From Kluyvera genomosp. 3 (GTDB taxonomy: Bacteria > Pseudomonadota > Gammaproteobacteria > Enterobacterales > Enterobacteriaceae): a stretch of 24,000 nt of DNA. The notes under the pieces are model-generated. The model did not search any database. It saw only the letters and a program-made list of their open reading frames with translations, and had not been told where the DNA came from. Location: positions 1,806,645 to 1,830,644 of the forward strand of contig CP022114.1 in NCBI GenBank assembly GCA_002211745.1, given 5' to 3'. This document shows, piece by piece, positions 23,634 to 24,000 of this stretch. A program made the translations under genes and the position numbers. How positions within the stretch are numbered: the first letter of the stretch is position 1; the number at the start of each line of letters is the position of its first letter.

Positions 23634-24000
23634 ATGTTTTGCAGGATCGGTGATTCTCCCTCATCATTTGAAATGGAGTTTCAACTTTCAGAACTAAGGT
23701 CCATTTTGAACGTCACCGCCGTGCTTCGCCAGGCCGTCTCGCGCACGCCCTGGTATAAAAAACGCAAAAGTTATCGAGTTCTCTTCTGGCGTGAAATCAC
23801 CCCCCTTGCTGTACCCATTTTTCTGGAAAATACCTGCGTTCTGCTGATGGGCGTGCTGAGTACCTTCCTCGTCAGTTGGCTGGGAAAAGAGGCTATGGCA
23901 GGTGTCGGTCTCGCCGATAGCTTCAATATGGTGATTATGGCGTTCTTCGCCGCCATTGACCTTGGGACAACGGTGGTGGTGGCGTTTAGTCTCGGCAAGC
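23634..24000 (+). CDS. yeeO: MATE-family efflux protein YeeO, N-terminal part, 3' truncated by the window; one apparent 1-nt deletion (~23802)
   Basis: ATG at 23634 after aagga: MFCRIGDSPSSFEMEFQLSELRSILNVTAVLRQAVSRTPWYKKRKSYRVLFWREITP | LAVPIFLENTCVLLMGVLSTFLVSWLGKEAMAGVGLADSFNMVIMAFFAAIDLGTTVVVAFSLGK. Start site uncertain (ATG 23673 also possible). Confidence 0.85.
   Translation, partial: MFCRIGDSPSSFEMEFQLSELRSILNVTAVLRQAVSRTPWYKKRKSYRVLFWREITPLAVPIFLENTCVLLMGVLSTFLVSWLGKEAMAGVGLADSFNMVIMAFFAAIDLGTTVVVAFSLGK

Overview
This is a conserved enterobacterial core segment. It runs from the 3' edge of a surface-polysaccharide cluster (glycosyltransferase tail) through gnd, ugd, the complete his operon on the minus strand (hisIFAHBCDG plus the hisL leader and attenuator), yeeZ, plaP, yeeE/yeeD (tsuAB), sbcB, dacD, yeeA, yeeX, cobU-cobS-cobT, a LysR-type regulator divergent from a small membrane protein, tRNA-Asn(GTT), and the 5' part of yeeO. 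I found no CRISPR array, transposon, prophage, integrase, toxin-antitoxin or defence-type system. The dominant unexplained signal is a uniform lesion pattern. Most genes look broken, but nearly every break is repaired by restoring exactly one G or C in a run of 2 or more (usually 3 or more) G/C bases. I count 31 such sites in 17 genes, and repair gives gene lengths equal or close to the known family lengths. This is far better explained by homopolymer undercalling in the assembly than by real pseudogenes, so I call these genes as single CDSs with suspected one-base deletions. The least characterised content is the LysR/membrane-protein pair at 21859-23390 and the intergenic region at 11559-11905. 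Family and E. coli comparisons come from memory of those proteins, not from a search.
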